NCBI GenBank assembly: GCA_963422205.2
Contig: CAXMWX010000001.1
Coordinates: 551,011 to 615,010, forward strand
DNA: 64,000 nucleotides
Direction of reading: 5' to 3'
DNA from: Gammaproteobacteria bacterium
GTDB taxonomy: Bacteria; Pseudomonadota; Gammaproteobacteria; Eutrophobiales; Eutrophobiaceae
The notes under the pieces are model-generated. The model was given only the letters and a program-made list of their open reading frames with translations. It had not been told where the DNA came from and searched no databases. Positions within the stretch are counted from its first letter, which is position 1; the number at the start of each line of letters is the position of its first letter. This document shows positions 1 to 12,646 of this stretch, one piece after another. Both the position numbers and the translations under genes were made by a program.

Positions 1-562
1 TGGCTGGCGTATGCTGGCGGCAGGTGCTGATCTGGTCATCGGCCTTGATCCGGTGCTGCGCTATGTCATGCAATATCACCTCATACAAAAATACCTTCGG
101 CAATATGCTTTTACGTTACTGCCGTGTCGTCTTGAGGATGTACTGGATGAGCATTTGCAGTTTGATACGGTGTTCTCCATGGGCGTGCTGTATCACCATC
201 CGGCACCTGAAACGCATCTCCGGCATGTATTTGACGTGCTGCGGCCTGGCGGGGAATTAATTCTTGAAACCTTAATTGTTGATGACAGTTATGCCGAAAA
301 ATTAAGGCCGACCACACGTTATGCACGCATGAAGAATATCTCCATTATTCCCAGTATCCAGACACTCACATCCTGGCTGACATGCTGTGGTTATCGGCAA
401 GCGATGTTGGCCGATGTGTCGAGAACAACACCGGCTGAACAAAGGGTGACACGCTGGTCAGGGACGCAATCCTTGATAAACTTTCTTGATAAAAACGATA
501 ACCATCTGACGATAGAAGGGTATCCTGCACCGCAACGAGCGATACTGATTGCACAGAAGTAA
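1..562 (+). CDS. cmoB: tRNA U34 carboxymethyltransferase CmoB, 5'-truncated by window edge
   Basis: Motifs VIGLDP, FDTVFSMGVLYH, LRPGGELILETL, RYARMKN, EQRVT, and C-terminal TIEGYPAPQRAILIA typical of CmoB. Confidence 0.9.
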   Translation, partial: GWRMLAAGADLVIGLDPVLRYVMQYHLIQKYLRQYAFTLLPCRLEDVLDEHLQFDTVFSMGVLYHHPAPETHLRHVFDVLRPGGELILETLIVDDSYAEKLRPTTRYARMKNISIIPSIQTLTSWLTCCGYRQAMLADVSRTTPAEQRVTRWSGTQSLINFLDKNDNHLTIEGYPAPQRAILIAQK

Positions 563-667
563 CCTGATATGTATGTGCATATATCACCTGATTGACGAGG
601 CGATGAGCCGTCTGGGAGATGCCGTTCATTCCCCGGCGGCGTCAGTGCAGATGATACTGTCTGTTAT

Positions 668-3600
668 ATCCTGATGAGGCCGAAGCGTCATGCTTCGGAA
701 TACTTATTATCTATATGGCAGGGGTGGGTTATTCGTGTAGCTTCAATGAGGCCGAAGCGTAATGCTTCGGAATACACTTGGCGAGCTAACTTCTCTGTTG
801 GATCAATGGCTAGCTTCAATGAGGCCGAAGCGTAATGCTTCGGAATACAAATAGGAGATGATTATGTCGATGAATAACAATGGTGCTTCAATGAGGCCGA
901 AGCGTAATGCTTCGGAATACCTGCGCTCAATCGCGGCAAGCATCTTGCGAAAACCCAGCTTCAATGAGGCCGAAGCGTAATGCTTCGGAATACGTAAGGT
1001 TGTACAAGCGATCAACAGTGGTGTTGCAATGCTTCAATGAGGCCGAAGCGTAATGCTTCGGAATACGTAAGGTTGTACAAGCGATCAACAGTGGTGTTGC
1101 AATGCTTCAATGAGGCCGAAGCGTAATGCTTCGGAATACTTCAAAAAAGTGTGGCTACCACAAGAGGGTGGGCAAAGCTTCAATGAGGCCGAAGCGTAAT
1201 GCTTCGGAATACAGCATAAGTCATACCTAGAACCTCACTTCGATGCTCCGCTTCAATGAGGCCGAAGCGTAATGCTTCGGAATACGTTCAAGGCCTGGTC
1301 TAGCGGACGTATGCGGGTATTGCTTCAATGAGGCCGAAGCGTAATGCTTCGGAATACATAGCTAGTTATTCCGTGCCGATGCCTGCGCTAATGCTTCAAT
1401 GAGGCCGAAGCGTAATGCTTCGGAATACCAGTGAACGCCCGCATCCATGCGGGCTTGGATACGTCCTTCAATGAGGCCGAAGCGTAATGCTTCGGAATAC
1501 AAACTCGAACGCGGAACCGAAACTGTAGGAACCTTCGCCTTCAATGAGGCCGAAGCGTAATGCTTCGGAATACAAAAAAGTCTATAGCTTTCGAAGTAGC
1601 CTCTGTAGCACCTTCAATGAGGCCGAAGCGTAATGCTTCGGAATACTCCAGTAACACGGATCAGATACCAGAAAATAAATTATCCCTTCAATGAGGCCGA
1701 AGCGTAATGCTTCGGAATACAGGGCATGGTGTTTTTAACTCGCGCAGGCTTCGACGCCCTTCAATGAGGCCGAAGCGTAATGCTTCGGAATACCATGTCT
1801 TCACCTTGTTCATTGTCATAGCCCCCCGTCCTTCAATGAGGCCGAAGCGTAATGCTTCGGAATACGCAGGCCAGTGGCCAGCACATCAACCCCGGCATGG
1901 TACCTTCAATGAGGCCGAAGCGTAATGCTTCGGAATACAGCGATGCGAGTGGCTGAAATCCTAGAGATCGACCCAGCCTTCAATGAGGCCGAAGCGTAAT
2001 GCTTCGGAATACACAATTTACCTTCGCGAGCCTTCTCGGTCTTAATCTCCTTCAATGAGGCCGAAGCGTAATGCTTCGGAATACATGCTTAACGAAATGC
2101 TTAACGCTGGTCACTGGCACTTCCTTCAATGAGGCCGAAGCGTAATGCTTCGGAATACGCTACGGCGCCCGGAATAACCGGCCACCACGACGAAACCTTC
2201 AATGAGGCCGAAGCGTAATGCTTCGGAATACCAGACGATGTAGCACGTGTGCAGCGAGGATTAGATCCTTCAATGAGGCCGAAGCGTAATGCTTCGGAAT
2301 ACGCGTTATATCTTGATCTCTTAGCGCTCGAATATCCAGCCTTCAATGAGGCCGAAGCGTAATGCTTCGGAATACCCGGTGATCATAATGGGGGTTGATT
2401 TCGGCAAGGTCTCCCTTCAATGAGGCCGAAGCGTAATGCTTCGGAATACTTTTCGTTTGCGTTATCTTTTGCCGCCGCCCCCCAACCTTCAATGAGGCCG
2501 AAGCGTAATGCTTCGGAATACATAACCGGCCACCACGACGAAAAAATTCGTCCCGCTCCTTCAATGAGGCCGAAGCGTAATGCTTCGGAATACCTTAGTC
2601 GGTTTTACCTCGCTTGCCCCCGCCGTTGCGCCTTCAATGAGGCCGAAGCGTAATGCTTCGGAATACTTGCTGAACCAGACGATAAAACAAAATTATCACG
2701 GGCCTTCAATGAGGCCGAAGCGTAATGCTTCGGAATACCACGATCGCTACGTGTCAGCGTAGGCACCGTACGCAGCCTTCAATGAGGCCGAAGCGTAATG
2801 CTTCGGAATACAAACGTGCAGGGTTAAAACCGGTGTTGCTGACAGTGCCTTCAATGAGGCCGAAGCGTAATGCTTCGGAATACTTTGTTTAGTGTGGTTT
2901 TTAATTTTTTCAGAGGCTTACCTTCAATGAGGCCGAAGCGTAATGCTTCGGAATACTCCAGCACCTTCTCGATCATCGCCAAAGCCCGTGTCCCTTCAAT
3001 GAGGCCGAAGCGTAATGCTTCGGAATACACTACGGCGAAATTAAATTGTTAGCTGGCTACACAGCCTTCAATGAGGCCGAAGCGTAATGCTTCGGAATAC
3101 ACTACGGCGAAATTAAATTGTTAGCTGGCTACACAGCCTTCAATGAGGCCGAAGCGTAATGCTTCGGAATACAGTTAGTTTTGATTTTTTTAGTCGCTTA
3201 AACTCGATCCTTCAATGAGGCCGAAGCGTAATGCTTCGGAATACCCAGGAGTAGATGGTAGAGGCTTGTTCTTGATCGCCACCCTTCAATGAGGCCGAAG
3301 CGTAATGCTTCGGAATACAGCAGATTCTAAGATGGTCTGGTTAGCAAGACGTATGGCCTTCAATGAGGCCGAAGCGTAATGCTTCGGAATACCTGATGGA
3401 TGTTGATCTGGTCGAGGCCGCCGCCAAGCCTTCAATGAGGCCGAAGCGTAATGCTTCGGAATACGCTATATACAAGTTGCAACAACCGCGTCAAATCAAC
3501 GTCCTTCAATGAGGCCGAAGCGTAATGCTTCGGAATACGAGCGGGAGCTGGCCGAGGAAATCGGCAAACGTGTACCTTCAATGAGGCCGAAGCGTAATGC

Positions 3601-6600
3601 TTCGGAATACCGATCAAGTATCTATCGTACGCGTCACGTTAGACGCCCTTCAATGAGGCCGAAGCGTAATGCTTCGGAATACGATGATCCGAATATCTGC
3701 CCAAGGAACCTATTATTATCTTCAATGAGGCCGAAGCGTAATGCTTCGGAATACGTACGCCGGGCGGCGTATGGTTCCGCGACGTCAGATTCTTCAATGA
3801 GGCCGAAGCGTAATGCTTCGGAATACGCGGCGCTACCCTGGATCAAATAATTCAGCAACTTATCTTCAATGAGGCCGAAGCGTAATGCTTCGGAATACAA
3901 CAACCTACTTGTTGCGCCTGATGATTTTACCGTCTCTTCAATGAGGCCGAAGCGTAATGCTTCGGAATACCTGCGACTCGCCCAGCTACAAGCGCAACAG
4001 TGTCTGTCTTCAATGAGGCCGAAGCGTAATGCTTCGGAATACGCAGTCTTTTAATTCGCGTTGCCACTTACGCAGCTATCTTCAATGAGGCCGAAGCGTA
4101 ATGCTTCGGAATACAACGCAGTCATACGCAAATTGAAAGTATCACCAGGCATCTTCAATGAGGCCGAAGCGTAATGCTTCGGAATACTACCATAGAGGCG
4201 ATGGGTTATTTTCGTTTTTTCGACTCTTCAATGAGGCCGAAGCGTAATGCTTCGGAATACCTGCGACTCGCCCAGCTACAAGCGCAACAGTGTCTGTCTT
4301 CAATGAGGCCGAAGCGTAATGCTTCGGAATACGCAGTCTTTTAATTCGCGTTGCCACTTACGCAGCTATCTTCAATGAGGCCGAAGCGTAATGCTTCGGA
4401 ATACTAGCAGCATAACCTACTCGCCCACCTGCTCACCTGCTCTTCAATGAGGCCGAAGCGTAATGCTTCGGAATACACCACGATTACCATGCAACAACAC
4501 TTCCGGGTATGGGCTTCAATGAGGCCGAAGCGTAATGCTTCGGAATACGATTTAAAAAGCGGAACCTAGGTCCAAGCATAGGCTAGCTTCAATGAGGCCG
4601 AAGCGTAATGCTTCGGAATACATTTGCCTAGTTATGCTTTTATTTTTCCTCGCGGTAGCTTCAATGAGGCCGAAGCGTAATGCTTCGGAATACGAGGACA
4701 GGGCGTATATCATGCCATCCGAATTTCATGCTTCAATGAGGCCGAAGCGTAATGCTTCGGAATACAATTATCGTGATTATTAATAATATCTTGATGGGGG
4801 TGCTTCAATGAGGCCGAAGCGTAATGCTTCGGAATACGTCGCAGCAGCCGATCCCCCTAGCATGTTGCCGCGGCTTCAATGAGGCCGAAGCGTAATGCTT
4901 CGGAATACCGGGAACTGTATAGCGAACGTGACGGCGCCTATGAACGCTTCAATGAGGCCGAAGCGTAATGCTTCGGAATACGTACAGAGCTACTGTTGCT
5001 AATTCTGTCGGCGTGTAGCTTCAATGAGGCCGAAGCGTAATGCTTCGGAATACTGTTTTACCCTAGGCCTTACCCTAGGTGACCTCATTTGCTTCAATGA
5101 GGCCGAAGCGTAATGCTTCGGAATACCGTTTTAGCCCTGTTTTACCCTAGGCGCCCTCATTTGCTTCAATGAGGCCGAAGCGTAATGCTTCGGAATACGA
5201 CGACATCAAGACGGGCAAGGTATACGCTGATCATGCTTCAATGAGGCCGAAGCGTAATGCTTCGGAATACTGCCCATCATCTAGCGACACGACGATCTTG
5301 ACGCGGGTGCTTCAATGAGGCCGAAGCGTAATGCTTCGGAATACATATTTTTTCGAGTTGCTGATCTAATTATTTTCAGCAGCTTCAATGAGGCCGAAGC
5401 GTAATGCTTCGGAATACCTCATCCTCACGTAGTACCGCCGCAGAATTGTTGCGGCTTCAATGAGGCCGAAGCGTAATGCTTCGGAATACGGAGAAAAAAA
5501 TGCCAAGATCAAAAAAACAAATACAGCTTCAATGAGGCCGAAGCGTAATGCTTCGGAATACATCTGCCTAGTTATGCTTTTATTTTTCCTCGCGGTAGCT
5601 TCAATGAGGCCGAAGCGTAATGCTTCGGAATACCGGGAATACCAAGATGCTTCTCGGCCACTTCCAGATCGCTTCAATGAGGCCGAAGCGTAATGCTTCG
5701 GAATACAAACTATCACCAACTGACTAATCACTTAGGTATACGCTTCAATGAGGCCGAAGCGTAATGCTTCGGAATACTTAATCTTCATAATTAATGTAGT
5801 CCTCCACTAATTGCTTCAATGAGGCCGAAGCGTAATGCTTCGGAATACTTCCGCTGTTGGTAGCGTCCACGATTACTGTATCAAGCTTCAATGAGGCCGA
5901 AGCGTAATGCTTCGGAATACGTTTTACCCTAGGCCTTACCTTAGGTCACCTTACTGCTTCAATGAGGCCGAAGCGTAATGCTTCGGAATACTTCAAGATC
6001 ACCGTTGCAAGGGCGGGGGGTGCTAATGCTTCAATGAGGCCGAAGCGTAATGCTTCGGAATACATCATTTCCGCCAAAAACAAATGACAAGCGCCCCTTG
6101 CTTCAATGAGGCCGAAGCGTAATGCTTCGGAATACTAAACGGCGCTGATCGTAACGACATCATTGCCGACAGGCTTCAATGAGGCCGAAGCGTAATGCTT
6201 CGGAATACTTAAATCTGCTGCTGATAGATATCTCCACATACCGCCGGCTTCAATGAGGCCGAAGCGTAATGCTTCGGAATACGCGAATATCAGCAGCTCG
6301 TTAGCGCAGGCATCCGCAAGGCTTCAATGAGGCCGAAGCGTAATGCTTCGGAATACACGCATCCATGCGTGCTTGAATACGTCAAAATATGGCTTCAATG
6401 AGGCCGAAGCGTAATGCTTCGGAATACAAAGCCGGGAGAGATCCAGACTCAGAAATTGCCTTCGCTTCAATGAGGCCGAAGCGTAATGCTTCGGAATACT
6501 TCACTTTGCGGTCTTATAGCTCGTCAACATTCGACAGCTTCAATGAGGCCGAAGCGTAATGCTTCGGAATACCAAAATTATCTCGGGTAAGTCCCGGCGC

Positions 6601-9600
6601 AGCTTGCAGCTTCAATGAGGCCGAAGCGTAATGCTTCGGAATACGGCGGTAAACCAAGCGCAAAAAGAAGTGACGGTGAACGCTTCAATGAGGCCGAAGC
6701 GTAATGCTTCGGAATACTGCGTCACTTTTCTTCGAATGCCACGTCGTCCTCACAGCTTCAATGAGGCCGAAGCGTAATGCTTCGGAATACCAAGCCGGGA
6801 ATCAACCAAAGGTACATAGAATACGGAGCTTCAATGAGGCCGAAGCGTAATGCTTCGGAATACTTTTTAGTGGTTATGGGAAACGAAAATAACATGAATT
6901 GCTTCAATGAGGCCGAAGCGTAATGCTTCGGAATACGGGCCCGCTACCAGGGAATAGAATCCCTCCAACAGTAGCTTCAATGAGGCCGAAGCGTAATGCT
7001 TCGGAATACCAACAGGTGTTCCCAACACCACGTCACGATCAATGGCGCTTCAATGAGGCCGAAGCGTAATGCTTCGGAATACAGGTTATCTAAGCAGACG
7101 CCAATAACTATAGACGTAGCTTCAATGAGGCCGAAGCGTAATGCTTCGGAATACGAAGTGATCCAGACTCGGAAATTGCCCGCAAAGTGTGCTTCAATGA
7201 GGCCGAAGCGTAATGCTTCGGAATACCGTGACATAGCGATCGGTATCGTCGAGCGAGAAATGCTTCAATGAGGCCGAAGCGTAATGCTTCGGAATACCAC
7301 TACTAGCGGGAGCAACAGCCAAAAAATCGGCACGGCTTCAATGAGGCCGAAGCGTAATGCTTCGGAATACAGGGTCGCCAGCAACGCTGTCTGTACGCAC
7401 CAGCCGGCTTCAATGAGGCCGAAGCGTAATGCTTCGGAATACTCCCTAGCTAGTTGCGCCGATGAGCTGTACGCCTTGGCTTCAATGAGGCCGAAGCGTA
7501 ATGCTTCGGAATACGCAGTAACACGTGATCGCCCTTCAGGATCATACGCATGCTTCAATGAGGCCGAAGCGTAATGCTTCGGAATACTCCCTAGCTAGTT
7601 GCGCCGATGAGCTGTACGCCTTGGCTTCAATGAGGCCGAAGCGTAATGCTTCGGAATACGCAGTAACACGTGATCGCCCTTCAGGATCATACGCATGCTT
7701 CAATGAGGCCGAAGCGTAATGCTTCGGAATACCCCAGATGTCGTAATACATTTCCTTTGCTTTGTCGAGCTTCAATGAGGCCGAAGCGTAATGCTTCGGA
7801 ATACTCTACCTGCAATTGCATTGCCAGGATTCGCATTACCGCTTCAATGAGGCCGAAGCGTAATGCTTCGGAATACGCCCATCATCTAGCGACACGACGA
7901 TCCTGATCCGGACGCTTCAATGAGGCCGAAGCGTAATGCTTCGGAATACGGCAGAAGCGAGTAACACTGATGCAATACCAGCAAGGCTTCAATGAGGCCG
8001 AAGCGTAATGCTTCGGAATACCGGATCAGATTGATCGGGCGGGTGGCGTCGACAAAAGGCTTCAATGAGGCCGAAGCGTAATGCTTCGGAATACGGCTAG
8101 GCCGACTAACCGATCACATAATTCAATCAAGCTTCAATGAGGCCGAAGCGTAATGCTTCGGAATACAGCGGAACCCCGTCCAGCAAAAAAGAAATACGTC
8201 CCCGCTTCAATGAGGCCGAAGCGTAATGCTTCGGAATACCACAACTGCCCCCGGTAGAATGGGAATAACTCAGTGGCTTCAATGAGGCCGAAGCGTAATG
8301 CTTCGGAATACGATGATACCTAGTTGCTTCGCATACAGCGATCCAGCGCTTCAATGAGGCCGAAGCGTAATGCTTCGGAATACGTACAGAGCTACTGTTG
8401 CTAATTCTGTCGGCGCGCAGCTTCAATGAGGCCGAAGCGTAATGCTTCGGAATACTGAGTATACTACTGGTGGAGATGGGAAAACTAAAAGCTTCAATGA
8501 GGCCGAAGCGTAATGCTTCGGAATACTTGGGCGCTTGGGGCTAATGCCGATCCGATACCAGGCTTCAATGAGGCCGAAGCGTAATGCTTCGGAATACGGC
8601 GTTGGGTTTTCGCAAGGCGCTCTTGCGACCCGCGCTTCAATGAGGCCGAAGCGTAATGCTTCGGAATACATCAGATTGATCGGGCGGGCGGCATCGGCAA
8701 AAGTGAGCTTCAATGAGGCCGAAGCGTAATGCTTCGGAATACCGCCGCGGAAAAGGTACATAGATCAATGCCGCTTCGTGCTTCAATGAGGCCGAAGCGT
8801 AATGCTTCGGAATACCGCCACACTAACTGTCTCGCCACGTGACACCCGTGGCTTCAATGAGGCCGAAGCGTAATGCTTCGGAATACGTGATGAAGCGGTG
8901 CAGATATTAGATCAACTAGGATGCTTCAATGAGGCCGAAGCGTAATGCTTCGGAATACATACGCGTAGACGCCCGGTCGTGTAGTTCCACAAAAGCTTCA
9001 ATGAGGCCGAAGCGTAATGCTTCGGAATACCATTTTTTTCTTGCGGTCTTTCTCGATCACAACAACGCTTCAATGAGGCCGAAGCGTAATGCTTCGGAAT
9101 ACTACACTGGCCGCAAGGAACATCGATTGGCATATCGGAGCTTCAATGAGGCCGAAGCGTAATGCTTCGGAATACGCTTAAACTCGATAAAAAAAATTTC
9201 GCCGGAAGACGCTTCAATGAGGCCGAAGCGTAATGCTTCGGAATACGGCCATGTTTGCTTTTTTCCTCGTGGTAGCTAATTAATGCTTCAATGAGGCCGA
9301 AGCGTAATGCTTCGGAATACGGCCGTGACTGCATACCCATCACCGGATCGAAAGACGCGCTTCAATGAGGCCGAAGCGTAATGCTTCGGAATACGACCCT
9401 AGATCAAGAAATTGAAAAGATTGAAAACGAGCTTCAATGAGGCCGAAGCGTAATGCTTCGGAATACAAGTTTTCCCTCGCGAGCCTTTTCGCTCTTTATC
9501 TGGCTTCAATGAGGCCGAAGCGTAATGCTTCGGAATACGAAGTTTTCCCTCTCGAGCCTTTTCGCTCCGCACCTGGCTTCAATGAGGCCGAAGCGTAATG

Positions 9601-12440
9601 CTTCGGAATACTCATCATGTATTGTTCTTGTCGTTTCTTTCTGCCTAGCTTCAATGAGGCCGAAGCGTAATGCTTCGGAATACCAAGCCCTACGTATCTG
9701 GTGCTATTACCTTCCATCGTGCTTCAATGAGGCCGAAGCGTAATGCTTCGGAATACTACTGCAAAAAAAATTAAGTGAATCAGGGATCAAACGCTTCAAT
9801 GAGGCCGAAGCGTAATGCTTCGGAATACCAGGGTATTATTGTAACTGGTGTAATTTTTCAAAATCGCTTCAATGAGGCCGAAGCGTAATGCTTCGGAATA
9901 CCAGCTACGGGGTCGATCTTTTTTCCGATCTTCGCCGCTTCAATGAGGCCGAAGCGTAATGCTTCGGAATACCCGATGATATTACGGGCCACAGTAATAG
10001 GGAGTTAGCGCTTCAATGAGGCCGAAGCGTAATGCTTCGGAATACAGAGTGTCGATAATATCTCTGCGATTAGACCAAACCGCTTCAATGAGGCCGAAGC
10101 GTAATGCTTCGGAATACTTTTGTTCTGTGGTTTGGTCGCCGTCTAACTATGTCGCTTCAATGAGGCCGAAGCGTAATGCTTCGGAATACCTCGCATTTGT
10201 TCCTGTCTTAATATTTGCCCGCCAAGCTTCAATGAGGCCGAAGCGTAATGCTTCGGAATACTCGGCATATTCACCAGGTCGCTGGTGGTGAGGCTCCAGC
10301 TTCAATGAGGCCGAAGCGTAATGCTTCGGAATACAAACCAGTTCACTCCAGAGACTCTTGGTCGTAGATCGCTTCAATGAGGCCGAAGCGTAATGCTTCG
10401 GAATACTCCAGTTTTTAGCTGCTCTGCGTTTATGCGACGCAGGCTTCAATGAGGCCGAAGCGTAATGCTTCGGAATACACACCATGCGTTAGGTGTGGAG
10501 GTGCCGGAACTAGCGCTTCAATGAGGCCGAAGCGTAATGCTTCGGAATACAGCTCTCCCGCCTATACCACCCGATGTTGCTGGCGGGGCTTCAATGAGGC
10601 CGAAGCGTAATGCTTCGGAATACCCGCCAAGCGTTCATCGATGACGGTTTCGTAGATCCGGCTTCAATGAGGCCGAAGCGTAATGCTTCGGAATACACGG
10701 CGAGCTGGCGCTGAACGGCAATCCGATTAATGGGCTTCAATGAGGCCGAAGCGTAATGCTTCGGAATACTGCCGGTATCGCATCGCTGTTACCACTACGC
10801 GCCCAAGCTTCAATGAGGCCGAAGCGTAATGCTTCGGAATACTCCCGCAGACTGATATAGAGTCACCAGTAGAGGCAGAGCGCTTCAATGAGGCCGAAGC
10901 GTAATGCTTCGGAATACGAAAATAATTAGATCAGCAACTCGAAAAAATATAGGTGCTTCAATGAGGCCGAAGCGTAATGCTTCGGAATACAAACGTTACG
11001 GGAGAGGAAGAAGAAAATGAGTATGAAGCTTCAATGAGGCCGAAGCGTAATGCTTCGGAATACTTCGCTGCCGCCGCAAACACTCGATCAAACGGGTGAT
11101 TTGCTTCAATGAGGCCGAAGCGTAATGCTTCGGAATACTGGAGACCCTACAGTTTATTTTGTACGCTATAGCGGGCTTCAATGAGGCCGAAGCGTAATGC
11201 TTCGGAATACCGAATCGTAGTGTAGTGGATATGCTTACCTCGCAGGCTTCAATGAGGCCGAAGCGTAATGCTTCGGAATACCTGACTTTGGGCGCAACCA
11301 ACAATTTGAGGTCGACGGTGCTTCAATGAGGCCGAAGCGTAATGCTTCGGAATACAAAAAAACAAATACAGAATTGGGATGAGGAACTAGCGCTTCAATG
11401 AGGCCGAAGCGTAATGCTTCGGAATACCTTCGTAAAACCATGGTTAGAAAAATTTAATGTTCCGCTTCAATGAGGCCGAAGCGTAATGCTTCGGAATACG
11501 CTGCTGAGATAGGGCAAGCGATCAACGGCACGCAAGCTTCAATGAGGCCGAAGCGTAATGCTTCGGAATACTATTCCCCCCGCCCTATACTGTGTTTGTC
11601 GGATCGAGCTTCAATGAGGCCGAAGCGTAATGCTTCGGAATACCAGTCGGCGATGTTGCTACAGTAGCGACACAAACAAGCTTCAATGAGGCCGAAGCGT
11701 AATGCTTCGGAATACAGGATGATCCAGACCAGGGCGGGGATGGTGATGCTGGCTTCAATGAGGCCGAAGCGTAATGCTTCGGAATACACAGTGCAGATGA
11801 GGTTGTGTATACTATTTTTTCGGGCTTCAATGAGGCCGAAGCGTAATGCTTCGGAATACCCTAGGAGTCAATTCGTAGGGGCGCTGATAGGCCTCAAGCT
11901 TCAATGAGGCCGAAGCGTAATGCTTCGGAATACGCATCGCAGGGCGTTGCCAGGGGTTGCCTTGCTCGAGGCTTCAATGAGGCCGAAGCGTAATGCTTCG
12001 GAATACATCCTCGAGTCTGTAGATTTCAGCAACGGAGTGCTCGCTTCAATGAGGCCGAAGCGTAATGCTTCGGAATACAATTGGAGTAAGTTTTACTCTT
12101 ATGTCTCTCGCCAGGCTTCAATGAGGCCGAAGCGTAATGCTTCGGAATACCGGAAGGTAAAACAAACATTCTATCCGGCCACGATCTAGCTTCAATGAGG
12201 CCGAAGCGTAATGCTTCGGAATACAGCGATCGACAACACCGCCTCTTGGGCGCGTAGTGGGCTTCAATGAGGCCGAAGCGTAATGCTTCGGAATACACAA
12301 ACCACCGCCGAGAACAGCCGCAGTTCCAGGATGCTTCAATGAGGCCGAAGCGTAATGCTTCGGAATACGCAAGCGATCAACGGCGTGCAACAAAAATATT
12401 CGTAGCTTCAATGAGGCCGAAGCGTAATGCTTCGGAATAC
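668..12440 (-). CRISPR. Type I-G (I-U) CRISPR array, about 163 repeats, spacers mostly 35-38 bp; transcribed-strand repeat GTATTCCGAAGCATTACGCTTCGGCCTCATTGAAGC
   Basis: 36-bp repeat GCTTCAATGAGGCCGAAGCGTAATGCTTCGGAATAC recurs with ~72 bp period. It contains the hairpin CCGAAGC/GCTTCGG. A degenerate trailer repeat at 668-703 and the leader/cas2 at the right end fix the orientation as minus. Repeat count is approximate. Confidence 0.99.
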
Positions 12441-12646
12441 AGCCTTGCCGTATCACCTGCTATGGCAGGGTCTAAAAACTCCCAGTGCGAGCGCTGATCA
12501 GCCAAGACCGAAATACGCATCCACAATTTATGTTGTGCATACATAACAACAGCATAACCCCTTGTTTGTTAAAGAGCAACACCAATGCGAGCGCTCCCCG
12601 GTGATAGCATCATCACCGCCGCACTCGCTAACGTCAGGCAAGTTCA
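12441..12646 (-). promoter_or_regulatory. CRISPR leader with direct repeats TGCGAGCGCT and an IHF-like site
   Basis: Non-coding gap between the first repeat and the cas2 stop. TGCGAGCGCT at 12486-12495 and 12586-12595. TAACCCCTTGTTT at 12555-12567 is one mismatch from the IHF consensus YAANNNNTTGATW. Confidence 0.8.

Noticed and set aside
704-12404. Self-targeting spacers matching this window
   Set aside because: None noticed by eye, but an exhaustive alignment could not be run, so absence is not established.
803-12497. Dozens of short ORFs with MRPKRNASEY / YSEALRFGLIEA / IPKHYASASLK repeats
   Set aside because: They are translations of the CRISPR repeat, not genes.
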